Below are positions 24,722-37,062 of a DNA stretch of 64,000 nt, piece after piece. Each line of letters begins with the position of its first letter. The first letter of the stretch is position 1. A model generated the notes under the pieces. The model was not told the DNA's origin, did not search any database, and was given only the letters and a program-made list of their open reading frames with translations. Source of the stretch: Octopus bimaculoides (taxonomy: Eukaryota); NCBI RefSeq assembly GCF_001194135.2, contig NC_069002.1:28571136-28635135 (forward strand), written 5' to 3'. A program made the translations under genes and the position numbers.

Positions 24722-25090
24722 TATACCCGTGGGTAATTATGTAATTATGGAGTTAATTTTAGGCTTATAAATCTAATATTTTCCTATCCTTCCTTAATAC
24801 CGGTTCCCATATGCTATTCATATCTGCACTCGGTCTGCTTAGGAGGTTGTTGTGTCCATCGTAAACTGGAATACATAACTGCAAATTGCTATAAATATAA
24901 TTTCAGTGGCAATAATTTTAGTTATAATCTTAGCATATTTAAATTTAGTGTCGTGTGTGTTTAGCCACTGTATAATTCACACCCATTGAATTTCAGAGTT
25001 CAATGATATTGTTCAGGTCAATGTTTATGCCATGAATAAGCATAAGTGAAGTATTTGTGGAAATTTTAAAATACAATATTTGTATGCAGC

Positions 25091-25465
25091 TAAGGCGGCG
25101 AGCTGGCAGAAACGTTAGCACGCCGGGCGAAATGCTTAGCAGTATTTCGTCTGTCTTTACGTTCTGAGTTCAAATTCCACCGAGGTCGACTTTATCTCAT
25201 CCTTTCGGGTTCGATAAATTGCGTACTGGGGTCGGTCTAATCGACTGGCCCCCTCCCCGAAAATTTCGGTCCTTGTGCCTAGAGTAGATAAGGATATTGT
25301 TTAGGTCCAATATATATTCTTTCTTATTTTGGCACAAGGCCAGCGATTCTGAGGGGCGGAGAAGCCGATTACATCGACCCCAATGCTGAGCTAGTTCATA
25401 TTTTATCGATTCCGAAAGGATGAAAGATAAAGTCGACCTGGGTGGCATTTGAACTCGGAACGTAA
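25091..25465. mobile_element. Two SINE family B copies tail to tail: plus 25091-25293 (well preserved) and minus ~25335-25465
   Basis: taaggcggcgagctggcagaaacgttagcacgccgggcgaaatgcttagc...gagttcaaattccaccgaggtcgac...ccttgtgcctagagtaga, then the reverse copy. Confidence 0.9.
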
Positions 25466-25751
25466 AGATTCATACGTCAAAATATTATTAGAATTTAATT
25501 ATCATAAGTATAGGAAATTGCAGAACTAATATGGTGGCCAACCAAAGCTCGGAGAAACATGTTTAAAATAGTAAAGAAGAAGAGATTTAACAGATGTAGG
25601 TATGTCTGTATATGTCTCCTCACCGATACTGGTTTGTTTTCGTCCCTATAACAGTTTCTGCCAATGAGACTTATAAGTACTAGGGTAGATTTGTTCTACT
25701 AAACTCTTCAAAGCGATGCCCCAGTATGGCCAAAATCCAATGACTAAAACA

Positions 25752-25785
<34 letters not shown>

Positions 25786-26129
25786 AAGCGTTGGATCGCA
25801 GCGGTGCCACAAAGCATATACATTGATATGAATTATTATATGTCAATGAAATTTCAATAATCGGGGGAAAAAGAATTAACTGTTGACGTTATTGGATGGT
25901 AATATTATTGTAGTACATGGCTACACAAATGTAATTTCAATACAAATATTTATAATTATTTGGGAAAGAAAATTAATTCGAGGAGTGTGCAGAGAATAAT
26001 TTATTTTGCAACTAAATTAGTGTGTAATGTACTGCGAAGAGAGAACTAATTAAATTGGTTAATTTTAGAGTAAAATCTCTCATTTAACTTCACACACACA
26101 AACACACACATACATAGTGAGTGTGTGTG

Positions 26130-26645
26130 TGTAGGGGCATAGATGATTGGTTTAAAAAGTTTTGCTTCGCTACCAAATATTCGATCTCATGGTGCGATAC
26201 CTTGGAGAAGCGTGTTCAGCTATAGCGACCAGAGTCTGTGTGAAAGCCCATTGCATATGTGTGCATGTGTGCGTGCGCGCACACATTCACATATGTATAC
26301 ACAGTCATAAACAGACACGTACAAGTATTTATATAGTGTGTGAGTGTGTGTGTGTACACACAAACCTTGGTCAAGTGTATTTTTCTATCGCCTCTGGCCA
26401 ACCAAAGCCTCGTGAAGTGGATTTGATAGACAGAAACTGAAAGACGCCCGTCGTGTACGCGCGCACGCGCGTGCGTGCGTGTGTGTGTGTGTGTCCCACC
26501 TTTTTTCCAACCGCTGTCCCCGTAATCTAGTTGTTTGGCCAAGGGACCTATACAAAATAAGTACTAGAGCCGATTCATTCGACTAAAATTTAAGGTATTG
26601 CTCCAGCATAGCCGCAGTCTAATGACCGAAACAATTAAAAGAGAA
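26130..26645 (+). mobile_element. SINE family A interrupted by microsatellite expansions
   Basis: Degraded head at ~26140-26250, then ggccaaccaaagcctcgtgaagtggatttgatagacagaaactgaaagacgcccgtcg and tail gctccagcatagccgcagtctaatgaccgaaacaa. Confidence 0.75.
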
Positions 26646-26659
26646 ATACCCTGCTCATC

Positions 26660-26830
26660 TGCTAGTGATCAAACCAAATTCTGTATGACCAGGAATCTCT
26701 GTCCATCATTAGCTTTGGTAGATCTTCAGTTTTCCTTTCGTCCGCGTCTGCCAATAGCGTCATATCGTTGATTGCCCTTCATACTATATCAAGACGCGGA
26801 TCTCGCCAAAATATATCATCTCAAGTGAGG
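26660..26830 (-). pseudogene. Probable RTE-X LINE ORF C-terminal remnant
   Basis: Minus strand reads DDIFWRDP...LLADADERKTEDLPKLMMDRDSWSYRI. This is similar to the RTE-X C-terminal ..EDLPxxMxDRxxWRxRV motif. Confidence 0.45.
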
Positions 26831-27049
26831 TTGATTATAAAGTACAGCGCTGGAATCTGGTACGGAGCTGCTGCTGCTGCTGCTACCGTGCACTGACATC
26901 TTGGACTGCATCCAGAGAAGGGACCAGATAATTACTTCAGGTAATTACATTCAGATAATTACTTGCACTCGAAGCGGATTTTATCCGGGTTGGGTTGAGC
27001 CGGTTCCCACCGACGAGTAGTTCATGTTCGGAGTTTCAGTAGGCATACA

Positions 27050-27450
27050 AGTTCACATGCGGTCCCAGACCACATGCATACACACTTTTCCATAGTGTGA
27101 TTCCTAGCAGTCCACATTGCAGTCGATTGTCGACCGTCGCAGGAGATACGCTGACCAGGTCACCTCCGATTGTCGGAGTAAACGTAGCTTGGATTTGAAG
27201 CGCGTTCTAGAGACGTACTTTAACGAAAGCTAAGGGGTCGTCAAGCACACCAGACACACATCCGGAATTTCTGAGGACCGATGCTATTTTAAATAGTGGT
27301 TCAACCCACACTTGGCTCATCCGTCCTATTTTCATGTCAGATCACTCGTGAGGTCTCTCATGAGTGTTACTGGTAACATGGAATCCAGTACAGCCTGTTG
27401 CATGGTCTGGTCGTCGGTGACTAAACTGCTATCTCCACTAGGCTTGCCTG
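27050..27450 (-). pseudogene. Probable decayed L1/Tx1 ORF1 (RRM-like region plus degenerate CCHC knuckle)
   Basis: Minus strand reads GRMSQVWV...IASVLRNSGCVSGV...IGGDLVSV...CGLLG-(frameshift)-HTMEKC, i.e. the Cx4Hx4C half of a zinc knuckle in ORF1-like context. Confidence 0.4.
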
Positions 27451-28144
27451 GTGAGGAGGCATACTAAAAACCTAACAGAACTAAAAACAAGACTAGTCAA
27501 AGGACGGAAGGACTCAAGTCATTAGTACTCGGTAACTAATAGATACGTTCCCGTCCCTGGTTCACAAGCTGCATCCTCGCTTTGTCTTTTCTATCACTAT
27601 TACTATAAAGGTTCCTGTTTTTTGGACCTGGCTGGTCTTGTATCTCCGTCCAGTTCTTTCTACCAAAACGTTGTCAAGTTGATCAAGGTTGGTGTATACG
27701 ATGCGCTCGGAAACAACCCGTGTGGTTCAGAAACCTTGATTTTGCTGCAACAAAGAGTTATTGCTTCACGAAGTTCTTCATGTGCTTTCCATTTTTATTG
27801 GTGTTTGTATTGAAAGTGAAGAGTGAGTCTGCACACCCTAGGAATCACCATTGTGCGTGTATCTGTGTGTGTGTTAAATTACAAATTTTCCATCCTTCAT
27901 TTTCAATGAAAATTGTCTTGCCGTCTTAGGATTGAATGCATCTTTGTTATTACAACAGAAAGGAAACATTCTGATGCAATAACAGAAATGAATCGATTTC
28001 TACATAGGAAGATAATTTCCATCGCAAAAGCAAGAAAGAAAAAAAATTCATCTGAAATTTGAAATTTCCCATGAACTAATAAAAAAAGAACAGGAATTGA
28101 AAGTGCGAGTGTGTTTATTAACTGAGATATTAATAATCTTTTTT

Positions 28145-28350
28145 ACAATAGGAGCAAGGCCTGGAATTTGGTCGGAGTGCGATAGTCGATTACATCGACC
28201 CCGGCGCTTGACTGGTACATAATTAATCGATTCCATAAGGATGAAAGGAAGTCGATCCCGGTGGAATTAGAACCCAGATCGTAAAGACAGATGAAATGCC
28301 ACTAAGCGTTTTGTTCGGCGTGCTAACTATTCTGCCAGCTCACCGCCTTG
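28145..28350 (-). mobile_element. SINE family B
   Basis: Reverse complement, ending ttctgccagctcaccgccttg. Confidence 0.85.
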
Positions 28351-29754
28351 ACTGGCGCATTAAAAATATCGTGTTGGAATCAGATGAAAAACATTGAATA
28401 TATATATATATGTCATATTTGACACGTTTTGATGCATTCGGACGTGAGAAGATCTTCCGATGAGGAAATAGTCGAGGGAGAAAATTCTCTTTCTCTAAAC
28501 GTGTGTGGAAACTCAAGTTAGGCAATGAATTATGTCTCTGGATCATTGGAAGTATGAGGTTTTGCGTTCTAACTCTTCAACCACACACAGACATACACAC
28601 ACACATACACACACACATATATGTTCATCAGAAACAGTGTTAACTAAAATTGTTACAACACTAAACTTGAAGAAAGAATAAAACGTTAAATTGTCAAGAA
28701 TCCAGACAATCTGACAATCTTCTCGAAGCAATTTCGATACAGACTACACCAATTCAACTAATTTTATATTAGTGATTAGTTTATTCTCCACTTGAAAAAC
28801 CTTAATACCTTCAAAGAAAAGCTGTGACTGAATCAACGAGTTCTAATTAAAACTTAATATTGCCACGACTCTTTTCGAAAAAACCAAAAGCTATTCGAAT
28901 GATGAAAACAGAATATTTTCAGTTGATGAAATTAAAATAATAAACGAGCTGTTAAAAGCAACATCGATGTCTCCTATGTGTTATACAATTTATCGATCGT
29001 TTAACTTTGCAATTTATGTAAGACAAAACTAATTAATATTTCTTTATCTTGGATGATCGATATAATTCCCTTCGACATTTTTAATTAACTGTGAAGATGA
29101 TTGAATAGTAACCTGCATTAGCCATGATCAATGCATCTAATTGAGAATAAGGAAAAAATTTTCTTGAAAATGTTTACGACAAAAGTAGATTTAAATAAGA
29201 ACTTGTGATTAAATGCCTGTTAATGCAGTTCCAATATTTTAACAAAAATGCAAATTCCTGATTTATTTCAAGTCAAGAACAAAATTGTTTGAAGTGAGCT
29301 GCCCTACTTTGCTATGAATTTAATAATTTTGTAATTTGGATTCTTGTCAAATACAATGTTTCCTAAGATAATATATTGAAGATGATATATTAAGAAAACT
29401 TGCCGTTTCCAATGGTGATATCGCATTATAATTCTTCACTTAACAAAATAATTTATATCTTTAGAGTCAGAAAAAAGATGGCGGAAGATCTTTGGATCTT
29501 TGTAGTTTTTATAATGTAACATCTTAATTTGAAACTAGTGATATTAAAGAGTAATCTCGGCCTCGATGCTGAAGCCTGGTGAAGATTACAGACCTGGACA
29601 AACATTTAAATTATCTTAGATTTAACATTTGGCATCTCAAATCTTCACTGCAATATTAAATAACATATCAGTTATTTCATTATAATTCTTACAATAAAAA
29701 TCGCCAGAGATTTTATGTAGAAGACAATATGTCATTATTAAGAATAACTAATGC

Positions 29755-29940
29755 ACTGAGGTGGCCGCGTCGTTATATAGGCGGAAAAAAAAAACAAAGG
29801 CCTTACACTACGAGTTCAAATTCCAGCGAGATCAACTTTTCCCTTTTATTCCTCCGAGGTCAATAAAATAAGGTACCAGTCACGTGTAGGGATCAATTTG
29901 ATCGACTAGCCCCTCTCCCCAAACTACTAGCCTTCTAGTA
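29755..29940 (+). mobile_element. SINE family B whose 3' end abuts the RTE insertion
   Basis: gagttcaaattccagcgagatcaacttttccc...gaggtcaataaaataaggtaccag...gatcgactagcccctctcccccaaa. Confidence 0.75.
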
Positions 29941-29944
29941 CTAG

Positions 29945-30345
29945 CCATGTTTTGCGCGAGGATTTGTGTGGGAACAGTGTATTGGCTAGAAGTCTTAATC
30001 CCCGGTCGTTGGTTTCTCCGATCCCGAATCGTCCCACTGTCTCAGCCCATTGGTCATATGCATCCGGGCCTGCTTTGGCTTTCCAGTCTCTTTAGACAAC
30101 GAGGACATCTCTTTAAGGAGCTGCCTTGCCGATTCACTCCAGGTCGTCATAGAATTCCACAACATATGGTGATGAGTCTACTGGATACTGGTTTACAAAC
30201 GATGAGTGAATCTACTCTGGTTTTGTTAACGTTGAAGCCCTCTCCATGTCCATGATTGGTGTTATCTCCACTGTTCCACAGTTCACAGCCTTCATCTATT
30301 GTTTCGTCGCCAAATCCAGTCCACCTGATAGCCAACCCTAAGATA
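29945..30345 (-). pseudogene. RTE-clade LINE APE endonuclease fragment, inverted relative to the adjacent RT
   Basis: Minus strand reads DILGLAIRWTGFGD...LWNSGDNTNHGHGEGFNVNK...PVSSRLITI, then EFYDDLE...DWKAKAGPDAYDQWAETVGRFGIGETNDRGLRLL-ANTLFPHKSSRKTW. Confidence 0.85.
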
Positions 30346-31471
30346 TCGCGAGAGTACCTTCGTCCTTCCATCACTTCATCGACATCAAAAAGGCCTTCGA
30401 CCGTGTATGGCATGATAGGTTGTAACGGGTGATGGGGATTTACAACTTCGTCAACAACCCTATCGAAGTACTCCAAACATTGTATGAAAACTCAAACAGT
30501 GCAGTTCTCCTGAACAGGATCGGAGCATTCTTCAAGACAACAGTGGATGTTCCTCAGATATGTCTCCTCTCTCTAGTGCTTTTTAACATCTTCGTGCAGA
30601 ATATTATACAAGAGGCACTTCAAGACCTCCACCCCTTTGTTTCCATTGGAGGATGGCCCATTTCCAGCCTGCGTTTTTTGCCGATCATGTTGAATTGGTG
30701 GGAAGTAGTGAAGCAGAACTACAAGAGCTTGCCACTAGACTGGGTAAAGTAACAAGAGCATACAGGATAGAGATCAGCCCAGAAAAGAGCAAGATCCTGG
30801 TTAATAATAACCAAACCATCAACATCATGCTAAACGGACAAAGATTTGGTGGACACCTTCAGGTACCTCGGGTCCACTTTGACCAAGAGCGGCAAATCTC
30901 AAAGGGAGATAAGACTCAGCTTAAGCCTCTGCTGCCATAACGAAGCAGAACAGCATAAGGAAAAAGAACTCCATTCGGCTTCCAACAAGACTCAGAGTGT
31001 ACAAGTCCCGAGTGATTTCCATCCTTTTGTATAGTTGCGAGAGCTGGACTCTTACAGCTGACATACATTGAAGAGTCCAGACATTTGAGCGTAAATGGTT
31101 CAGAAGGCTGTTACACATCCTGTACACTGAGCACAAAATTAACAGCTTTGTCAGGCAGACAGGAATACGCTGGCAGACAGGAACCATTTCTTGCGCTGGT
31201 AAAAAGACAAAAGCCTGCCTGGTACGGTTATGTATCTCGCCACGACTCCCTGTCAAAAATCGATTTTTCAGAGCACATTTGAAGGAGAGCAAAAGAGGGG
31301 GCAGACAGAGAAAAACCTGGTTTGACAACAAGGACTGGATAGGTTACAACATAGCGAACCTGCTAAGCATGATACAGAACAGGGACCAGAGGCGACAGTT
31401 GTCTATTAAAGCGCTTAGAGTGGACCTCAATGACTGGCTGCATCATTTAAGGGATCTTGATGATGATGATG
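30346..31471 (+). pseudogene. RTE-clade LINE reverse transcriptase and 3' end with (TGA)n tail
   Basis: FHHFIDIKKAFDRVWH...IEVLQTLYENSNSAVLL...FKTTVDVPQICLLS.VLFNIF...SLRF/FADH...YLGSTLT...LLYSCESWTLTAD...AWYGYVSRHDSLSK...GRQRKTWFDN, ending gggatcttgatgatgatgatg. Confidence 0.92.
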
Positions 31472-31715
31472 TGAGTTATAAAAGACGCTATCTGATGTCA
31501 GTGGTTGGTTAGCCGAATTTATAGATGCTCAGAGTTCGATTCTCTATAGCAGCCTGTTGGCCACTTTGTCTTCTAATGGTATATAGCCGATCTTCTAAGC
31601 TATTTTTACCGTTATTCTGCATTCGAGAATTTCTTTATTTTCTGTAAAATACCAACTCACTCGGCGCTTCAAAGTTTGTTTATAAAAAGGTATTCAAACT
31701 GTCAAAACAAGCACT

Positions 31716-32300
31716 TTGTGTGTCAATGAAGTTGTTGCTGTTAATGAACATTTTCAACACCGATTACAAGCTATGATGAATAAAATGGTTTTGGCAGAAA
31801 GCAATCCAATTTTTGGCAACAGTACAATTATTTTTTGGAGAATAGATTATCAACAAAGAGAGGCTCCACGTGTTCATATGAAAATTTGGGTGGATCAAAC
31901 ACCTATTTATGACAAAGATTCTCCAGAAAAAATTCCAAAAATTATAGAACAATATATTACTTGTAGATCGCTATGTTCACTGTCTAGCCTCACTCTTTAG
32001 AATTTGGTCAGTCGTTTTCAAAACTTTGAGAATTTATGGAAAAGGAAAACAATAGCGTAAAAAATATCTATTTGGCTTCCCTAAGGCTGAGGGAAGATTC
32101 AATTTCTTCACTGTTGCTGAAAGTGCCAAAATAAGAAGAAATAGTGAAGGTTTTAAGAGGTTTCATTAGCCTCAAGGAAGACCGTTTGAAAAATGGTTAC
32201 AGTCCTTTACTGACAGGCAAATGTTGACTGTTAGCCTATTGGAGAAAACAATACGATACTGATCAGATGTGTGACTAGTAGCCAAACAAAAACTGAAAAA
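31716..32300 (+). pseudogene. Helentron/Helitron2 Rep (HUH endonuclease) fragment
   Basis: EHFQHRLQA...PIFG...FWRIDYQQREAPRVHMKIWV..TPIYDKDSPE...IEQYITC matches Rep motif II (WRxEYQxRGAPHxH). Downstream FGFP, NGYSPLL and ANVDC*PIGENNTILIRCVTSSQTKTEK cover the motif III region. Confidence 0.82.
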
Positions 32301-32562
32301 TGAAGCTCAAGTGTTTGGGAAAATTTGGATCAAAATAAATTTCTGAAATTGTTCCAATAATGTGTGCACATTTTCTTTTTTTAGCTTTTGTATTTATAGC
32401 AATTTTTTCAAAAAATGAAGTTAATAGATTTGATTAAAACATTTCTTTGTATTAAGCTAAACCATTTCTGTCCTCATTTTCTTTTGCAAAATAGAATGAA
32501 GAATATAAAGGTAAATATAATTAATTATAATATAAGCGTTGTCTGGTAAAAAAAAAAAGTGG

Positions 32563-33497
32563 ACTAGAATGAAAAATGCGGACGCAGAGTGTTAGAATAT
32601 TCTTAAGTATTAAACCTGGGGAAATACAGGCAAACAGTGACGAAGCCGGAAAAAGAACAGAAGAAAAACAATACTTAAAATATTGCTACTTGGCTTAAAA
32701 TTTTAAAACTAAAATAGTTTAAATTAAAATACTCAAGAAGCTATTTTCAATTTTCGTGAAAAGACTAATTGCCACCAAGTTTGCACATTAAAAATTTAAT
32801 ATTACAAATTTAGTGCTTTCTATATTTCAAAAATCACATAATAGCAATTTAAGCAAAATTGATCGTGTTTTATAACCCCTAAGTCTTTTTTTCAAAAAAA
32901 AAAAAATGCTAAAGAATCATTTCTATAATTTGCACTCAATTTGTTCATTAGCTTCCATCTTTTTAAATATTCGTCTGATTGCAAATAGAAAAGACTTTGT
33001 TATCTGATAATGCAAACTTTAAGAAAATTAGTTCTTTTGTTTCTTTAACATGGTTTTTTTACTATTTGTTTTTACTCTTATTTTTTAAATACATATATTC
33101 TACATGAGGTTAATTTTAATACAATATCTGCGATTTAAAATTTTTGAATAATGAGATTTTTAAAGAAAATATAATTAAAAACATAATAATGTGATACTAA
33201 ACACAGGACAGAAGTGATTTAGCTTAATGCAAAGAAATTCTTAAACCAAAAATATTAACTCAAAGTTTTAAAACTTCTAATAAAAAACAAAATAAAAATA
33301 TAAAAATATAGAAAATAAAATATTCACACTATTTTATGAACAATTTCAGAAATTTATTTAGCAAATTCTCACTTTAGTAGCAATACTTCAAGTCTCTTTC
33401 TTCTTGTCCTGTACTTTTCCAGGCTTAACCACTGTTTGCCTGTACTTCAATACTTCAGAATATTCTAGCACTCTGCGCCCGCATTTTTCATTCTAGT
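32563..33497. repeat. Diverged ~125-bp inverted repeat enclosing an AT-rich spacer (foldback/MITE-like)
   Basis: Left arm actagaatgaaaaatgcggacgcagagtgttagaatattcttaagtatt...tacaggcaaacagtg...tattgctact (32563-32690). The right arm at 33376-33497 is its reverse complement. No TSD seen. Confidence 0.8.
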
Positions 33498-34939
33498 ATA
33501 AGAATGAAATAACCAAAGCCGTGAAAACTATTTTGTTTAGTTTCATTTACTCGTTTATTCACCAGGATGCATGTATCTCCAGCTGGAGGAAATCTTTCTT
33601 TCTTGACTCCATTCCGTACCATTTTATTTAGTGGTTTGCCTTTTCTCGAGGATTTGCCTTCCTCACCCTGCTAAGCCCGCGGGTTGTTGATGATGTTTCC
33701 TTAGGTACCTTGGTAAGATTTGAACTTAGAACGTAGAAAACTGAAAACAAATACCTCAAGTCATCCGGTTCAAGATTCCTTTACCGTGTCTTCCAGCATA
33801 CAAGTGGACGTAGTATGTAGTGTAAAGATTCAAACATCACTGCTGTCTTTCCCAATCATGCTGCATTTAACATGGCGGTTTGATCCTCCAAAGAAGTCTT
33901 CGTGTATGGGTCGACCTATCTTATTTGGCTGTAAATTCTTTCCCGAACTCGTACGCCGCAGAAAAACGATTGTTTTGCTAATCCATCACCCTAGATGCTA
34001 CCTTTATTTTTTTATCGATTTCGAAAGAACAAAAAGGTGAAGTTGATCTTGGTGGGATTTGATCTCAGAACGAATACCGTGAGGCATTTTGTCGCACAAT
34101 GTTTCAGTATTGCCATTCCACTTCCTCATATTCATGCTTTTTACTTAATCTTGAAAGGATGAAAGACAAAGTTTCCCATGTCAGGAATTGGATTCAGAAC
34201 GTAGAGAGTCAGAACAGACATCGCGAGGCTTTCTATCCGATGCTCTAACAGCTCTGCCAGTTTACCTCATAAAACAGTAAATAACTACCAAAAAAAAAAA
34301 AAAAAACTTAGGGAGTATTTAGTCACGTGATTCTTCACTAAAATTCGTAGTAATCAGTAAAATAGAAAATGTTTGATTCATATGACGATTTAAGAATCGA
34401 AACAAAAGCAGCTTCCATTTCAATGTGTTACGAATGTAACTCAATTCCCAAACCTTAATTCGAGTAATTCATTAAGAAATCATTTAATGTTTTGTTACAT
34501 TTCAATTAATTTTGTATACAATGTGTCATTTTTCAATTTAATCAGCTTCTAACACCTGAAGGTAATGTCGAAGGAAATTGTGTTAGAGATCGGAAACGAA
34601 ATGTAACTGGTACATTGTCGCCAATTGTTGTATTATTAAATCAAATATGATCATATATGGAAACGGAAATAACAAAAGCATTGGAGATTTTTCTCCGTAT
34701 TAAAATTGAGAAAATTACTTTTATGACAGACAGCTAATCTTATAGCAGAAATTCTCTAAAGATATCAACGAGTGAAAAATATGAATATATTTATTAGAGT
34801 GTCTTTGTAGTACTAACATTTCATACGGAAGAGACGGAGAAAGCGATAAAATAGCTTGTAATGTTTTAAAGTTGTTTTTCTCTATAAATATTTTTACTGT
34901 TTATGCTTTGCAAGACGAAGAATAAAGTAACATGTCTTT

Positions 34940-35110
34940 ATCATAGCTTGAAACAATGGCATCTGACAATGGCTGATCTGGCTATGTGGTTCGGCAAAAG
35001 TAACCGATAGAATACGTATCGAGACTTGAAAACAAAATCGTTCAACTGAATCCTTCAAAGCGGCACTCCAGCATGGCCTCCACCCCACGACCGAAACAAA
35101 CGAAAGACAT
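34940..35110 (+). mobile_element. SINE family A 3' half
   Basis: gtggttcggcaaaagtaaccgatagaata...ccttcaaagcggcactccagcatggcc. Confidence 0.75.
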
Positions 35111-37062
35111 AAGGCAACAATTCTCGAGTCTTTAGAACCTAATGTAAGCCGAAGAGAATCTAGCAACAGTCCTGACGAGCATCAGCCAAGCGATATCGAT
35201 GCATCTTGGCTGTGGAAATTCTCAATGGTTAAACAACAGACTACAGTTGAAAAAGGAACCATTGCTAGATAATTCATATCTTAAGGCTTTAAGACTTGTG
35301 GATCTTTAACAATATATATAATTTGCATCGGTAAAATACACACACGCACGTATACATACAAGCACATATACATACCTTTTACATACACGCACAGGTAAAA
35401 TAGCACAAATGAAACAAAGGGAACAAGAGGACAACGTAAGAAGTTATAACAGAGAGAGAAATATTCAAAATGTGGTGGACGAAATGTTAACAGAAACAAT
35501 TTACACAAATTTGTATCCCGAAAAAAAAAAGGAAGAAGTGGACTGATGTTTCGAGTGAACTAATTATCAAAGAATAGTGAGAAAGAAATAAGCAGGAGAA
35601 AAAAATAACTAAACAATGGTAACTGTTTAAAGCATGTGCGTACCTTTTCGCTACAAGTAGTGAACAGTCCAGCCCTTGTGCTTGGCTTAGCTTGTTCAGC
35701 TCATTTATGACAAATTGAATATTGGGAAAGAGGTGTATTAATGAGACACGTACTAAGTATTTTGTGGGTTTTTGTGAAATGTCAACCGGCCAGGTGACTG
35801 ATTGCTTGCGTCAGCCGACTTGACTAAAATTTATATTCTGCTGATGACTTTCACTACACCGGTGTACGAAGAAAAGCATTCAGATTCGATATTCAGTACT
35901 CTGGTAGTTACTCTGCAATTCTTATAGTGCATCTGCAGTGTTCACCAATGGGGTTTCCATGGAGATATCGACCGAAAAGAAGTTAACGAGAAATTGTTTC
36001 TGGTGACGGCAAATGGAAAGTAAATCAGTCTTGCTCAGCGTGACTACTGGCTGATTTAGGATTGGAATGTCAGTCTAGTGTATTCTCTGATTTGCTGCCC
36101 TATTATACAAGATGGCTCTGTCCTCGATGTTTTATGTTATTGAAATACATTAGCAGCTGCTATTTCAGCAATTTCCCTAACACTGCTGCAGCTAAAGCCA
36201 TTATCAGTAACCCCATCTATGTTTGCAATGCAAATAGCTATACGACCTGCTTCGATCAATGAGAAATGCATCAACCGTTATCCTGTCAAACATTTCTTCT
36301 TCCCAGTTAAGTCCACCCACATTTGATTGAATAAGAGCACATGTTATGATACTCCGAGTTCTAAACGGATTCCTAATAAATATTAACACCACGTATTGAG
36401 TACTGTTTATTCCCATTAAAAAATAATTTATATGGACGTGTTTTAGTTTAGTGCGGTGGTATGATGAATTACATCTCTTTATGCAAAAATGTCATTAGAT
36501 AGTGTTCGATAAAATAAATACCAAACTGAAATGAATACAGGCTTCGTTTTGAATGACTAAAACCTTGAAGGCGGCGCCTCAACATGACGTCAGTCTTATG
36601 ATTAAAGTCAGTCAAAGAAGTAAAGATATACCTTACAGATACTCGGAAACTGCACGGAATCTCATCGTATGTTTGCATATGCGCGGGTGCTTACGTGCGT
36701 ATGTGTGTGTGTGTCTGTCTACCGTTTTTGTGTTTATTTCCTGGAATTTAGCCGTTCGACATTTTTAACCGATAAAATACGTACCGGATTTAAAAGAAAC
36801 GAGTACTGTGGATCGATATGCATTAAATCCTTAAATGCGATGCCCCAGCATGACCACAGTATAATGTCTAAAGTAAATGAGTAAAATAATAATCTTATTA
36901 ACAATCGTTTCCTTAATCAGATCAGCTATTCAAATTTAAAATCTATACCGCGTATTCTAATTAATGACAAATCTAACAGAACTAAAGATATTTTGAAAGA
37001 AACCTATGCAATATATTATAAAATTTCCCTAACAGCACCTTTCTCTAATACAAAGAGACAAA

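Larger units (their letters stand above)
24488..24960 (-). mobile_element. Penelope-like element 3' end: ORF C-terminus plus a pseudo-LTR containing a tRNA-like promoter, (AAT)n and a hammerhead
   Basis: Minus strand reads KFKYAKIITK...LLSRPSADMNSIWEPVLRKDRKILDL* (stop at 24765). This resembles the GIY-YIG C-terminal W-x-P-x-L end of PLEs. It is followed by A/B boxes, (AAT)n and a minimal hammerhead. Confidence 0.55.

Noticed and set aside
28850-29700. Possible second very old hAT remnant (DVS..LSIV-like phrase)
   Set aside because: Too degraded and AT-rich to distinguish from chance by eye.
35170-35200. ctgacgag hammerhead-like start
   Set aside because: No downstream GAAA or stem I partner.
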